A stretch of DNA of 49,758 bases from Thermoplasmatota archaeon. Lineage in GTDB: Archaea; Thermoplasmatota; Thermoplasmata; Lutacidiplasmatales; UBA184. The stretch is taken from the NCBI GenBank assembly GCA_036781185.1, contig DAIQBL010000002.1:1-49758 (forward strand). The letters are read 5' to 3'. The position numbers and the translations under genes are program-made. Shown here in pieces: positions 7,702 through 15,577 of the stretch (its first letter is position 1; each line of letters starts with the position of its first letter). The notes below the pieces were generated by a model. The model was not told the origin of the DNA and made no database searches. It worked only from the letters and a program-made list of their open reading frames with translations.

Positions 7702-7807
7702 CGCCCGTGCTGGGATTCGAACCCAGGTCTGAGGCTCCGCAGGCCTCTAGGATAATCCAGTGTAGCGAGGACGGCGTTTGCCGTCCCCGTAGCTACCCCA
7801 CACGGGC
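7702..7807 (-). tRNA. tRNA-Arg (anticodon GCG) with a 32-nt insert in the D-loop (putative non-canonical intron)
   Basis: The minus strand reads GCCCGTG TG GGGT AG[32 nt]CTGGATTA TCCT A GAGGC CTGCGGA GCCTC AGAC CTGGG TTCGAAT CCCAG CACGGGC G. It has a 7-bp acceptor, a 5-bp anticodon stem, the T-loop TTCGAAT and G18G19. The mature length is 74 nt. Confidence 0.85.
7761..7792 (-). other. Putative tRNA-Arg intron (between D-loop positions 15/16)
   Basis: The insert is CTACGGGGACGGCAAACGCCGTCCTCGCTACA. It forms a 9-bp hairpin GGGGACGGC/GCCGTCCTC with loop AAAC, stacked on a GTAGC/GCTAC helix with a 3-nt TAC bulge. Boundaries are ambiguous by 1 nt. Confidence 0.6.
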
Positions 7808-7897
7808 ATCGTTGGACCGATTCCGACCGCTTGACCGCGAGCGAGGGGGGCCCCCTATTAAACGCAACGGCCGGGCCGTCGGCGATTCGCGGAGGCC

Positions 7898-7905
7898 TTT
7901 ATAAT
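7898..7905 (+). promoter_or_regulatory. TATA box TTTATAAT upstream of gatD
   Basis: AT-rich octamer in a GC-rich intergenic region, ending 50 nt upstream of ATG 7955. Confidence 0.5.
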
Positions 7906-7954
7906 CGCACGAACTCCGTTCGACGAAGCGGCGGTCCTCCGCTGGCCCTCTTCC

Positions 7955-9271
7955 ATGTCGGACGGTGCACCGGTCGACCCGTGGGTGCGGGCGCGGTCGC
8001 TCCCGATGGGCACCGTGGTCCTCGTTCGGACCTCGGACGGTCGCGAATGGAAAGGGGCGGTTGTCCCTCCCCACGAGATGTCGGGCGACCGAATTCTGCA
8101 GCTGAAACTCGCGTCCGGCTACAACGTCGGCATTCGCGTCGGCGACAGCGACCGGATTGAGGTGGTCGGGGCAGCCCCAACGAACGGAAACGGCTCCCCC
8201 CGGCCGACGAGTCGCCCGCCCGCCCGCGGGGGCGAAGGCTGGGTGGCGCTGCTCACCACGGGCGGGACGATCGCCTCCCGAGTCGATTACCGAACGGGCG
8301 GGGTGCGGCCGGTCCGGGAGGAGAGCGAGATCCTCGGATTCTATCCGGACCTGGACCGGGACGGGCCGGTCCGCGTGGTCCCGGTCTTCGACCGGTTGAG
8401 CGAGGAGATCGGTCCACCCGACTGGGAGGAGATGGCACGCCGGACGGTCGACGCCTTTTCGCAAGGAGCCCGGGGCGTCGTCATCGCGCACGGCACCGAC
8501 ACCCTGGCGTACACGTCGGCCGCTCTCTCGTTCCTTCTCGAAAATCTGCCGGGACCGGTGGTCGTCGTGGGGGCGCAGCGTTCCCCGGACCGGCCGTCCT
8601 CCGACGGATTCACGAACATGGCGGCCGCCGTCCGGCTGGCCCGGCACCCCGAGATCGGCGAGGTGGTCGTCGTGATGCACGACGGACTCTCCGACGACCG
8701 GTTCGCCATCCACCGGGGCACCCGGGTCCGGAAGATGCATTCGAGCCGCCGCGACGCGTTCCGGAGCCGGAACGGCCCGCCGATCGGGTGGATCGAGGGA
8801 TCGACCGTCCACCTCGCTCGACCGTTCCGCGCGCGCTCGGAGGGCCTGGCGGTGTACTCGGGACCGATGGGGACCGCGGCGGCGGTGCTGTGGTTCCAGC
8901 CGGGCCTCGAGCCGTCGCGGGCGGAGGCGTACGTCGCGGGCGCCGCGGGGGTGATCATCGCGGGGACCGGTCTCGGCCACGTCGCGTTGAACCACCTGCC
9001 GTGGATCCGAGCCGCGATCGCCCGGGGCACGACGGTGGCGATGACGACCCAGTGCCTCGAGGGAGTCGCGGACCCGTTCGTCTACGCGACCGGCCGGGAA
9101 CTCTCCCGGGCCGGAGTAGTGTACCTGGGCGACATGCTCCCGGAGACGGCCTACACGAAGCTCCTGTGGGCGCTCGGCCGCTCGCAAGACCCGGCGGTCG
9201 TTCGCGACCTCCTCCTCGCCCCGCGGGCGGGGGAGGTCGAGCCGCGCCACGACGCCGAGGACCATCCATGA
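7955..9271 (+). CDS. gatD: Glutamyl-tRNA(Gln) amidotransferase subunit D
   Basis: ATG ORF of 438 aa with an N-terminal GatD-specific domain and an asparaginase-type core (LLTTGGTIASRVDYRTGGV, IAHGTDTLAYTSAAL). Followed by gatE with an ATGA overlap. Confidence 0.9.
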   Translation: MSDGAPVDPWVRARSLPMGTVVLVRTSDGREWKGAVVPPHEMSGDRILQLKLASGYNVGIRVGDSDRIEVVGAAPTNGNGSPRPTSRPPARGGEGWVALLTTGGTIASRVDYRTGGVRPVREESEILGFYPDLDRDGPVRVVPVFDRLSEEIGPPDWEEMARRTVDAFSQGARGVVIAHGTDTLAYTSAALSFLLENLPGPVVVVGAQRSPDRPSSDGFTNMAAAVRLARHPEIGEVVVVMHDGLSDDRFAIHRGTRVRKMHSSRRDAFRSRNGPPIGWIEGSTVHLARPFRARSEGLAVYSGPMGTAAAVLWFQPGLEPSRAEAYVAGAAGVIIAGTGLGHVALNHLPWIRAAIARGTTVAMTTQCLEGVADPFVYATGRELSRAGVVYLGDMLPETAYTKLLWALGRSQDPAVVRDLLLAPRAGEVEPRHDAEDHP

Positions 9272-11133
9272 AGGCCGGCCTCGAGGTGCACCAGCAGCTC
9301 GCGACGGGGAAGTTGTTCTGCGCCTGCCCGGCCGAACTGTCGGAGACGGTCGTCCGCACGGTCTCTCGACGCCTCCGCGCGACCGGGGGGGAGAACCACG
9401 CGATCGACGCCGCCGCCGCGTTCCAGGCGGCCCGCAACCTCACGTACGAATACGAGGCCACGCCGACGAGCTGCCTCGTCGAGCTCGACGAGGAGCCGCC
9501 GCACGCGCTCAACCCCGACGCGCTCGACGTGGCGCTGACGATGGCCCTTCTGCTCGACGCGCGTCCGCTCGACGAGATCGAAGTGATGCGGAAGATCGTC
9601 GTCGACGGGTCGAACACCTCCGGCTTCCAGCGGACCGCGCTCGTGGCCGTCGACGGTCGCCTCGAGGTCGCGGGCAAGACCTACTCGATCCCGACGATCT
9701 GCCTCGAGGAGGACGCGGCCCGGAAAGTGGGCGAGTCGAAGGACGGGGTCCGGTACCGGCTCGACCGGCTCGGCATTCCCCTCGTCGAGATCGCCACCGG
9801 CCCCGAGATCTCCTCCGGCCCGGAGGCGCGCGCGGTCGCGGAGGAGCTCGGCATCCTCCTGCGAGCGACCGGCCGGGTCCGGCGCGGGATCGGCTCGATC
9901 CGGGAGGACGTCAACGTCTCGACCGACGGAGGCGCCCGCGTGGAGCTGAAGGGAGTTCAGGAGCTCCGACGGATCCACCAGTACGTCCAGGGTGAGGTGG
10001 ACCGGCAGAACGCCCTTCTGGCGGCCGCATCGACTCTGCGGACCCGAAGCGCCCGGGTCTCTGACGACGCTCCCGTCGACGTCTCCGAACTGCTCCGGGG
10101 TCGCGCGACGGGCGCGCTCGGCGAGGCGCTGAAGCGGGGCGGAGTCGTTCTGGGGATCGGATTGCCCGGTTTCGGAGGACTCCTCGCTCCCCCCGACGGG
10201 TCGAAGGAGCGGCTTGGGCGGGAGCTCGCCGACCGCGCCCGGTCCTCCGGGGTCCGCGGCCTGTTCCACTCCGACGAGGTCCCGGCGCAGGGCGTCGAGG
10301 GCGAGGTCGTCACGTCCCTCCGCGCGAGACTGGGGGCGGACGGCGACTCCGATGCGTTCGTGCTCGTGGCCGCCCCGGACTCCGAGGCGGCCGGGCGTGC
10401 GCTCACGGCGGTCCGAGGGCGCGCGCGGGAAGCCGTCGAGGGAGTGCCCGAGGAAACTCGGGACCCGCTCCCGGACGGCCGCACGCGCTACTCGCGACCT
10501 CTCCCCGGACGGGACCGGATGTACCCCGAGACGGATGTGCCGCCAATCCCGGTCCGCGAAGAGCGACTTCGCGCCCTCCAAGCCCGTCTCCCGCCGCACC
10601 CGAAGGAGGTGAGGGCCCGGCTCGTCGCGGCCCACGGTGTTTCGGAGGAGGTGGCGCGGACCCTCCAGCGGGACGGCGAGGTCGAGCGGTTCGACTCGCT
10701 CGTCGCGAAGGGTCACGGAGCCGGGCTTACCGCGCAGCTCCTCGCCCGCGAGATCCCCGCCACCGGCGATACGGAGGACCCATTCCAGTTTCCCTTGGAC
10801 CTCCTCGACCAGCTCCTCGCGACCGTCGAGCGCGGCGAGTTCGCGAAGGAGGGCCTCGGCCCCGTCGTCGCCGCCCTGGCGGGCGGGGCTCCGACGGTCA
10901 GGGATGCCGTGGCGAAGGCCGGCCTCGCGTCAATGTCGCGCGAGGCGCTCGCCGCGCTCGCGGAGTCGCTGGTGACGAAGAACGCCGAGCTCGTCGCCGC
11001 GAAGGGCGCCGGCGCGTTCTCCCCCCTCATGGGTGACCTGATGCGCGAGGTGCGGGGTCGGCGCGACGGCCAGGAGGTCGCCGAAGTGCTCCGCGAGACG
11101 CTGGCGAAGCGGGCGTCGACCGGGGCCACGTGA
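9268..11133 (+). CDS. gatE: Glutamyl-tRNA(Gln) amidotransferase subunit E
   Basis: Internal ATG 9268 of track ORF 8788..11133 (MKAGLEVHQQLATGKLFCACP...). The GatB/E-type core includes YRLDRLGIPLVEIATGPE and MYPETDVPPI. The upstream ORF part is Arg/Gly-rich junk lying over gatD. Confidence 0.9.
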   Translation: MKAGLEVHQQLATGKLFCACPAELSETVVRTVSRRLRATGGENHAIDAAAAFQAARNLTYEYEATPTSCLVELDEEPPHALNPDALDVALTMALLLDARPLDEIEVMRKIVVDGSNTSGFQRTALVAVDGRLEVAGKTYSIPTICLEEDAARKVGESKDGVRYRLDRLGIPLVEIATGPEISSGPEARAVAEELGILLRATGRVRRGIGSIREDVNVSTDGGARVELKGVQELRRIHQYVQGEVDRQNALLAAASTLRTRSARVSDDAPVDVSELLRGRATGALGEALKRGGVVLGIGLPGFGGLLAPPDGSKERLGRELADRARSSGVRGLFHSDEVPAQGVEGEVVTSLRARLGADGDSDAFVLVAAPDSEAAGRALTAVRGRAREAVEGVPEETRDPLPDGRTRYSRPLPGRDRMYPETDVPPIPVREERLRALQARLPPHPKEVRARLVAAHGVSEEVARTLQRDGEVERFDSLVAKGHGAGLTAQLLAREIPATGDTEDPFQFPLDLLDQLLATVERGEFAKEGLGPVVAALAGGAPTVRDAVAKAGLASMSREALAALAESLVTKNAELVAAKGAGAFSPLMGDLMREVRGRRDGQEVAEVLRETLAKRASTGAT

Positions 11134-11855
11134 CCGGCCGACGGGGACCCGAGAGTCCGCTCCGCGGCCTCGTGACGGATATCGACGGGACCCTCACGGA
11201 CCCGAACCGCCGGTTGAGCACGGAGGCGGTCCGCCTCCTCCGCGCCATCGACTCGCGCGGCGTCCACGTCGTGCTCGCCACAGGCAACGTCCTCCCGGTC
11301 GCGCTCGCCATCCACCGGTCCATCGGCCTCACCGGGCCGATCGTGGCGGAGAACGGAGGTCTCGTCTACCGAAAGGTCGACGGCCGGGACCGTGTGGAGC
11401 GTCTGGCCCGTCGGGCCCCGGCGTTGGCGGCGTTCCGGTCGCTGCGGGCCTCCGGACTGCCGGTCCGACGCCTGTTCACCGACCGCTGGCGCGAGACCGA
11501 GGTGGCGATCGAGCAGCCGGCGCCGCTCCGGGCGATCCGCGCCGCCCTTCGAGGGACCGGGGTCGTCGCCGAGGCAACGGGGTACGCGATCCACCTGATG
11601 GAGCGCGGCATGGGGAAGCGCGCCGGCCTCAAGGCGGCGCTCGGTCCCCTCGGGCTCACTCTCGCCGACTGCTTCGTCGCCGGGGACGGCGACAACGACG
11701 TCGCGATGCTGCGGGACGCGGGGTTCGGCGCCTCCTTCCCGAACGGGAGCCCGCGCGCCCGGGCCGCGGCGAAGTTCGTCAGTCGACGGCCGTACGCCGA
11801 CGGGTTCGTCGAAGCGCTTATGGCAAGCGGGCTCGTCCCCCGGTCCGGCCGGTAG
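11130..11855 (+). CDS. HAD-IIB hydrolase, archaeal phosphoglycolate phosphatase type
   Basis: GTG start overlapping the gatE stop. Motifs VTDIDGTLTD, ATGNVLPV, TDRWRE, GYAIHLMERGMGK and GDGDNDVAML resemble the Thermoplasma Ta0175-type PGP as I remember it. Confidence 0.75.
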   Translation: MTGRRGPESPLRGLVTDIDGTLTDPNRRLSTEAVRLLRAIDSRGVHVVLATGNVLPVALAIHRSIGLTGPIVAENGGLVYRKVDGRDRVERLARRAPALAAFRSLRASGLPVRRLFTDRWRETEVAIEQPAPLRAIRAALRGTGVVAEATGYAIHLMERGMGKRAGLKAALGPLGLTLADCFVAGDGDNDVAMLRDAGFGASFPNGSPRARAAAKFVSRRPYADGFVEALMASGLVPRSGR

Positions 11856-11867
11856 GGAGCCCTCCGG

Positions 11868-12059
11868 ATGCTCGTCGGTACCTGTCAGCGATGCGGCGCC
11901 CCGGCGACCCTGCGTTGTGCGTTCTGCGGCCGCACCTTCTGCCGCGATTGCCTCGACGCGGACGAGCGGATGTGCCCGGATTGCGTGGCGATGCAGAAGT
12001 CCGGGAAAGGGCCCGCGGGCGCGCGATTGCCGCCGTCGCGGAAGATCGGCGCTCGCTAG
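11868..12059 (+). CDS. Small 8-Cys zinc-finger protein (cross-brace spacing)
   Basis: ATG ORF of 63 aa, 13 nt after the phosphatase stop. Cys pattern C-x2-C-x6-C-x2-C-x4-C-x2-C-x7-C-x2-C, followed by a basic tail. Confidence 0.5.
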   Translation: MLVGTCQRCGAPATLRCAFCGRTFCRDCLDADERMCPDCVAMQKSGKGPAGARLPPSRKIGAR

Positions 12060-12071
12060 GTCCGGTCCGTC

Positions 12072-12389
12072 CTAGTAGGACGTCCCCGGCAGGTGGAGCT
12101 CGCCGGGCTTCGCGAACTGGCTGACCCAGATCATCGCGACGCCGAAGATGCCCGTGAACAGCCCGAGCAACAGCACGCCCCAGGCGTACGGGCCGAGCCC
12201 CGGGTAGATCCGGACCCACCCGACGACGCGTCCGTCCGAGCGGGCGGAGACGTGGAGCAGCACGTTCACGAAGACGCCGAGCCCCCAGCCCACGAGGACC
12301 GCGAGCGCGCCGGCGAACCGGAGCCCCGCCCGCTCGTTGCCTCCTTCCTCCTCCGGCTCCACGGCCGGGGTGTTCTGGAGGTCGGTCAC
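12072..12389 (-). CDS. Small integral membrane protein (about 3 TM helices)
   Basis: GTG ORF of 105 aa with an acidic N-terminus and hydrophobic spans (AGALAVLVGWGLGVFVNVLL, AWGVLLLGLFTGIFGVAMIWV). Begins 6 nt after the upstream ORF stop, so it is probably the last gene of the ftsZ-rpl11 operon. Confidence 0.5.
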   Translation of the reverse strand: MTDLQNTPAVEPEEEGGNERAGLRFAGALAVLVGWGLGVFVNVLLHVSARSDGRVVGWVRIYPGLGPYAWGVLLLGLFTGIFGVAMIWVSQFAKPGELHLPGTSY

Positions 12390-12395
12390 GGGGGC

Positions 12396-12692
12396 CTAGG
12401 CGAACCCCGCGGAGGACTTCGCGTCCTTCGGACCGGGGCGCAGCGGGAGCTTGCGGAGCTCCTTCGGGCACTCCACGAGCCGGACCATCGGCGCCGACTG
12501 GACGACGTACGCCGGAAGTCCGGTGTTCGGGTCGTTGCCGGCGCGCAGGATGTTCATGATCTCGAGCTTGACCTCGATGACCGAGCCGTCCTTCAGCTTC
12601 AGGCGGAGCCGGCCGTCGCCCTCGACGGGCGAGTAGTCGACGATCTCGGCGTTCGACAGGTCCGGGGACTGCCCCGGCGCCCCACCCATCAT
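12396..12692 (-). CDS. Hypothetical 98-aa protein translationally coupled to rpl11
   Basis: Its ATG overlaps the rpl11 TGA (ATGA). Composition is protein-like (RLRLKLKDGSVIEVKLEIMNILRAGNDPNTGLPAYVVQSAPMVRLVECPKEL). No family recognised. Confidence 0.5.
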   Translation of the reverse strand: MMGGAPGQSPDLSNAEIVDYSPVEGDGRLRLKLKDGSVIEVKLEIMNILRAGNDPNTGLPAYVVQSAPMVRLVECPKELRKLPLRPGPKDAKSSAGFA

Positions 12693-13156
12693 CGGGGGCC
12701 CCGAGCCGCGACGCGCTCCTTCAGCAGCGCCCGCGGGTCCTGGCCGTCGACGGTGAGGCCCATGGAGACGCAGGTGCCGATCACCTGGTTGACCTTCTCC
12801 TCCATCGAGCGGCCGAACAGGTCCGCGCCCTTCGCCTCCGCGATCCGCCGGACGGCCTCGAGCGGGACGTCGCCGATCGTCTCGGTCTTCGACTTGCCGG
12901 ATCCCTTCTCCTTCCCGGCCTCCTTGAGGAGCAGCGCCGCGACGGGCGGGCGTCCGACGACGAGGGTGAACGCCCGCGTCGCCGGGTCGACCTTGATGAC
13001 GACGGGGACCTTCATCCCGGCGAACCCCTTCGTCTGCTCGTTGATCTGCTGAACGACCTGCACGACGTTCACGCCGAGCGGGCCGAGCGCGGGCCCGAGG
13101 GGGTTCCCCGGGGTCGCCTTGCCGCCCTCGACGAGGACGCTCACCTCATCCGCCAC
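12689..13156 (-). CDS. rpl11: 50S ribosomal protein L11
   Basis: 155 aa. VLVEGGKATPGNPLGPALGPLGVNVVQVVQQINEQTKGFAGMKVPVVIKVD is a classic L11 N-terminal domain. Confidence 0.95.
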   Translation of the reverse strand: MADEVSVLVEGGKATPGNPLGPALGPLGVNVVQVVQQINEQTKGFAGMKVPVVIKVDPATRAFTLVVGRPPVAALLLKEAGKEKGSGKSKTETIGDVPLEAVRRIAEAKGADLFGRSMEEKVNQVIGTCVSMGLTVDGQDPRALLKERVAARGPR

Positions 13157-14150
13157 TCTTTCCGCCTCCCTTCTCCAGCATCCGGACGTGGTCGCCGCGG
13201 ATCGTGACCGGGATCGGGACGACCGCCTCGATCAGTTCGACCGTGATCTCTTCCTTGGCCTGGTCGATCTTCTTCACGCGCGCCTTCTCGCCCTTGAACG
13301 GCCCGGCGATGAGCTCGACGATCGCGCCCTCGACGAAGCCCTCGACGGTGATGCGCGGCAGGAGCAGCGGCTCGACCTCCTTCAGGGTCGTCTCGCCGGC
13401 GACGAGGCCCCGGGCCTTCCGGATCCCGTGGAGCATCTCGCGCACGCCCTCGAAGCTCATCCCCTCGGCGAAGACGTAGCCGCGGAGACCGGACGGGACG
13501 AGGAGCGCGAAGACGACGTCGGGCTTCTCCTCGGCGCGGGCGAGGAGGGTGTCGGCGACCTCCTGTTCGTAGCCGCGAGCGGTCTTGATCGCGAGGACCG
13601 CCTGGCGCGCCACGCAGGCGAGGGTGAGCGTGGCCGGCTTCGACGAGTCCCCTTCCCATTGGGCCGAGAGGTGGATCTCGACCCGGTCGCGGTAGCGTAC
13701 CCCGACCGGGGCGGTGATCTGGAACGCGTAGGCCGACGCGGCGCCCGGGTTGAGGGTGACGGTCGAGCGCTCCCGACGCGAGACGAGCTCGCTGAACGAG
13801 CGCTTCCCAGGGGGCATCCAGTGGACCGGCCACTCGGCGCCCTCGCCGGGGTAGGTCGACGTGTAGGCGATCTCGACCGAGACGAGGACCGACCCGGCCT
13901 CGGGGTGGCCGTTCGTGAGAACGACGGAGATCGTCGTGACGGTCCCCGCGGTGACCTCCCGCGTCGGATCGTCGGCGACCTTGAGGCTCAGGAGGCTCGG
14001 CACCTCCTTCTTCGGCACCACCGGCGCGGGCGCGACCACGGGCGCGGGCGACGCGGGGGTCGCCGCGGCGGGGTGGTGGGGCGCCGCCGGGCGCTCGGCT
14101 TCCTCGCCGGTCAGAAGACCGATGCCCTCGTCGTCCGGTTTCCCGCTCAT
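13146..14150 (-). CDS. spt5: Transcription elongation factor Spt5 (NusG homolog) with a ~180-aa N-terminal extension
   Basis: The C-terminal ~150 aa contains the NGN domain (VLAIKTARGYEQEVADTLL...LRGYVFAEG) and the KOW domain (GAIVELIAGPFKGEKARVKKID). The ORF is open in the same frame up to ATG 14150, 10 nt below the secE stop. An alternative internal GTG lies at 13613. Confidence 0.8.
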   Translation of the reverse strand: MSGKPDDEGIGLLTGEEAERPAAPHHPAAATPASPAPVVAPAPVVPKKEVPSLLSLKVADDPTREVTAGTVTTISVVLTNGHPEAGSVLVSVEIAYTSTYPGEGAEWPVHWMPPGKRSFSELVSRRERSTVTLNPGAASAYAFQITAPVGVRYRDRVEIHLSAQWEGDSSKPATLTLACVARQAVLAIKTARGYEQEVADTLLARAEEKPDVVFALLVPSGLRGYVFAEGMSFEGVREMLHGIRKARGLVAGETTLKEVEPLLLPRITVEGFVEGAIVELIAGPFKGEKARVKKIDQAKEEITVELIEAVVPIPVTIRGDHVRMLEKGGGKSGG

Positions 14151-14160
14151 CGGACGGTGC

Positions 14161-14412
14161 CTAGAGGCCCAACGTGGAGAGGTAGTTCGCCCAGAACCAC
14201 GGGCCGACCTGCGTGAAGAAAATGTAGATCATGAACCCAATCGAGCCGATCAGCACCGCCCCGATCCACGTCACCTCGAGCACGCGGACGTACTCGTCGA
14301 CGGCCGGCTTCCGGGCCATTCGGAGGACGCGGCCGAACTTGCCGTGGCCGACGCCCCGGAGACGGCCGTCGAAGTTGTCCTGCACCCGTCGGGCGCGGTC
14401 GAGGAACGCCAT
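14161..14412 (-). CDS. secE: Protein translocase subunit SecE / Sec61-gamma
   Basis: 83 aa with ARKPAVDEYVRVLEVTWIGAVLIGSIGFMIYIFF, the typical KP..EY motif plus a single TM. Sits in the conserved position upstream of spt5. Confidence 0.85.
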   Translation of the reverse strand: MAFLDRARRVQDNFDGRLRGVGHGKFGRVLRMARKPAVDEYVRVLEVTWIGAVLIGSIGFMIYIFFTQVGPWFWANYLSTLGL

Positions 14413-14419
14413 GATCTGC

Positions 14420-15544
14420 CTAGCGGACGACGTCGAGCTCGGGCCCGGATTTCCGGGCCGGCGGGCCGCCGGCCGAGGGGCCCGCGAAAATCTGGGGGGA
14501 TTTAACTCCAGTGACCACCAGCATGACGCGGATCGTGCTCTGCATCGTCGGGTCGACGGCGGCGCCCCAGATGATGCGGGCCGTCGGGGAGATCGTCTTC
14601 TGGACGACCTCGGCCGCTTTCTGGGCCTCGCTGACGGTCATGTCGGGGCCTCCGGTGACGTTGATGAGAGCCCCCGTCGCTCCGCCGATGTCGACCTTGA
14701 GCAATGGGGAGTTGATCGCCTCGAGCACCGCGTCCTCGGCGCGGTTCTCGCTCTCGGATTCGCCGATCCCGATGAGGGCGACGCCGCCGCCCTTCATGAT
14801 CGTCCGGAGGTCGTTGAAGTCGAGGTTGACGAGGCCGGGGCGCGTGATGATCTCGGTGATCCCCCGGATCGCGCGCGCCAGCACCGAGTCCGCGACCTTG
14901 AACGCGGTCTGGATCGGGAGCCTCGGAACGAGCTCGAGGAGGCGGTCGTTCGGGATCGTGATCACCGTATCGATCGACGCGCGGAGCCGCTCGAGGCCCC
15001 ACATCGCATTCTCGCTCCGGACGAGCCCCTCGGACGCGAACGGGAGCGTGCAGACGGCGATCGTGAGCGGGTTCCCGCCATTCGCGTCCTTCGCAGCCTG
15101 GCTGACGACGGGGGCGGACCCGGTGCCGGTGCCGCCGCCGAGACCGAGCGTAATGAACACCATGTCCGAGTCGGCGAGCGCCTTCTTCAGCTCGTCCTCG
15201 GCCTCACGCGCCGCCTGCTCGCCGACTTGCGGCAGGGCGCCCGCGCCGAGCCCCCGGGTCAGACGACGGCCGAGGAGGATCTTCTTCGGCGCATGGATCG
15301 CGAGGAGGTGCTGAGCGTCGGTGTTGCACGCGATCATGTCGGCGCCCGCGAGCCCCTCCTCCGCGAGCCGGTTGATCGTGTTGCAGCCGCCGCCGCCGCA
15401 GCCGACGACCTTGATGTTCGTCTTCAGCGAGGCGAGGACCGCTTCGAGTTCGGCGTCGTCGTTGCTCGGGGGAGGTCGCGCGTCGGGGGTTTTCTTCGAC
15501 TCGTTCGGCAGGTGCGCAAGGATCTCCTGCGCGAGTGGTCGCAT
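14420..15544 (-). CDS. ftsZ: Cell division GTPase FtsZ
   Basis: 374 aa with [17 protein letters not shown] and the tubulin signature [14 protein letters not shown]. Confidence 0.95.
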   Translation of the reverse strand: MRPLAQEILAHLPNESKKTPDARPPPSNDDAELEAVLASLKTNIKVVGCGGGGCNTINRLAEEGLAGADMIACNTDAQHLLAIHAPKKILLGRRLTRGLGAGALPQVGEQAAREAEDELKKALADSDMVFITLGLGGGTGTGSAPVVSQAAKDANGGNPLTIAVCTLPFASEGLVRSENAMWGLERLRASIDTVITIPNDRLLELVPRLPIQTAFKVADSVLARAIRGITEIITRPGLVNLDFNDLRTIMKGGGVALIGIGESESENRAEDAVLEAINSPLLKVDIGGATGALINVTGGPDMTVSEAQKAAEVVQKTISPTARIIWGAAVDPTMQSTIRVMLVVTGVKSPQIFAGPSAGGPPARKSGPELDVVR

Positions 15545-15577
15545 TTTGGCCGTCCTCGACGGGCGAGCAGCGGTCCG

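Noticed and set aside
8788-9267. N-terminal extensions offered by the ORF track for gatE, and likewise for smc (48796-48873), the GT-C protein (18071-18403), the MEMO-like gene (40658-41659), aconitase (37017-37145) and the 49047 membrane protein (48798-49046).
   Set aside because: The extensions are low-complexity, overlap upstream genes or promoter elements, and the conserved family N-termini start at the internal start codons I used.
13611-13613. Treating the internal GTG as the only Spt5 start and the upstream 540 nt as non-coding.
   Set aside because: This is not fully excluded (see the Spt5 finding). I disfavoured it because the upstream in-frame sequence has ordinary protein composition, the other frames there look like junk, and the ATG at 14150 fits the 10-nt-or-less spacing of the rest of the operon.
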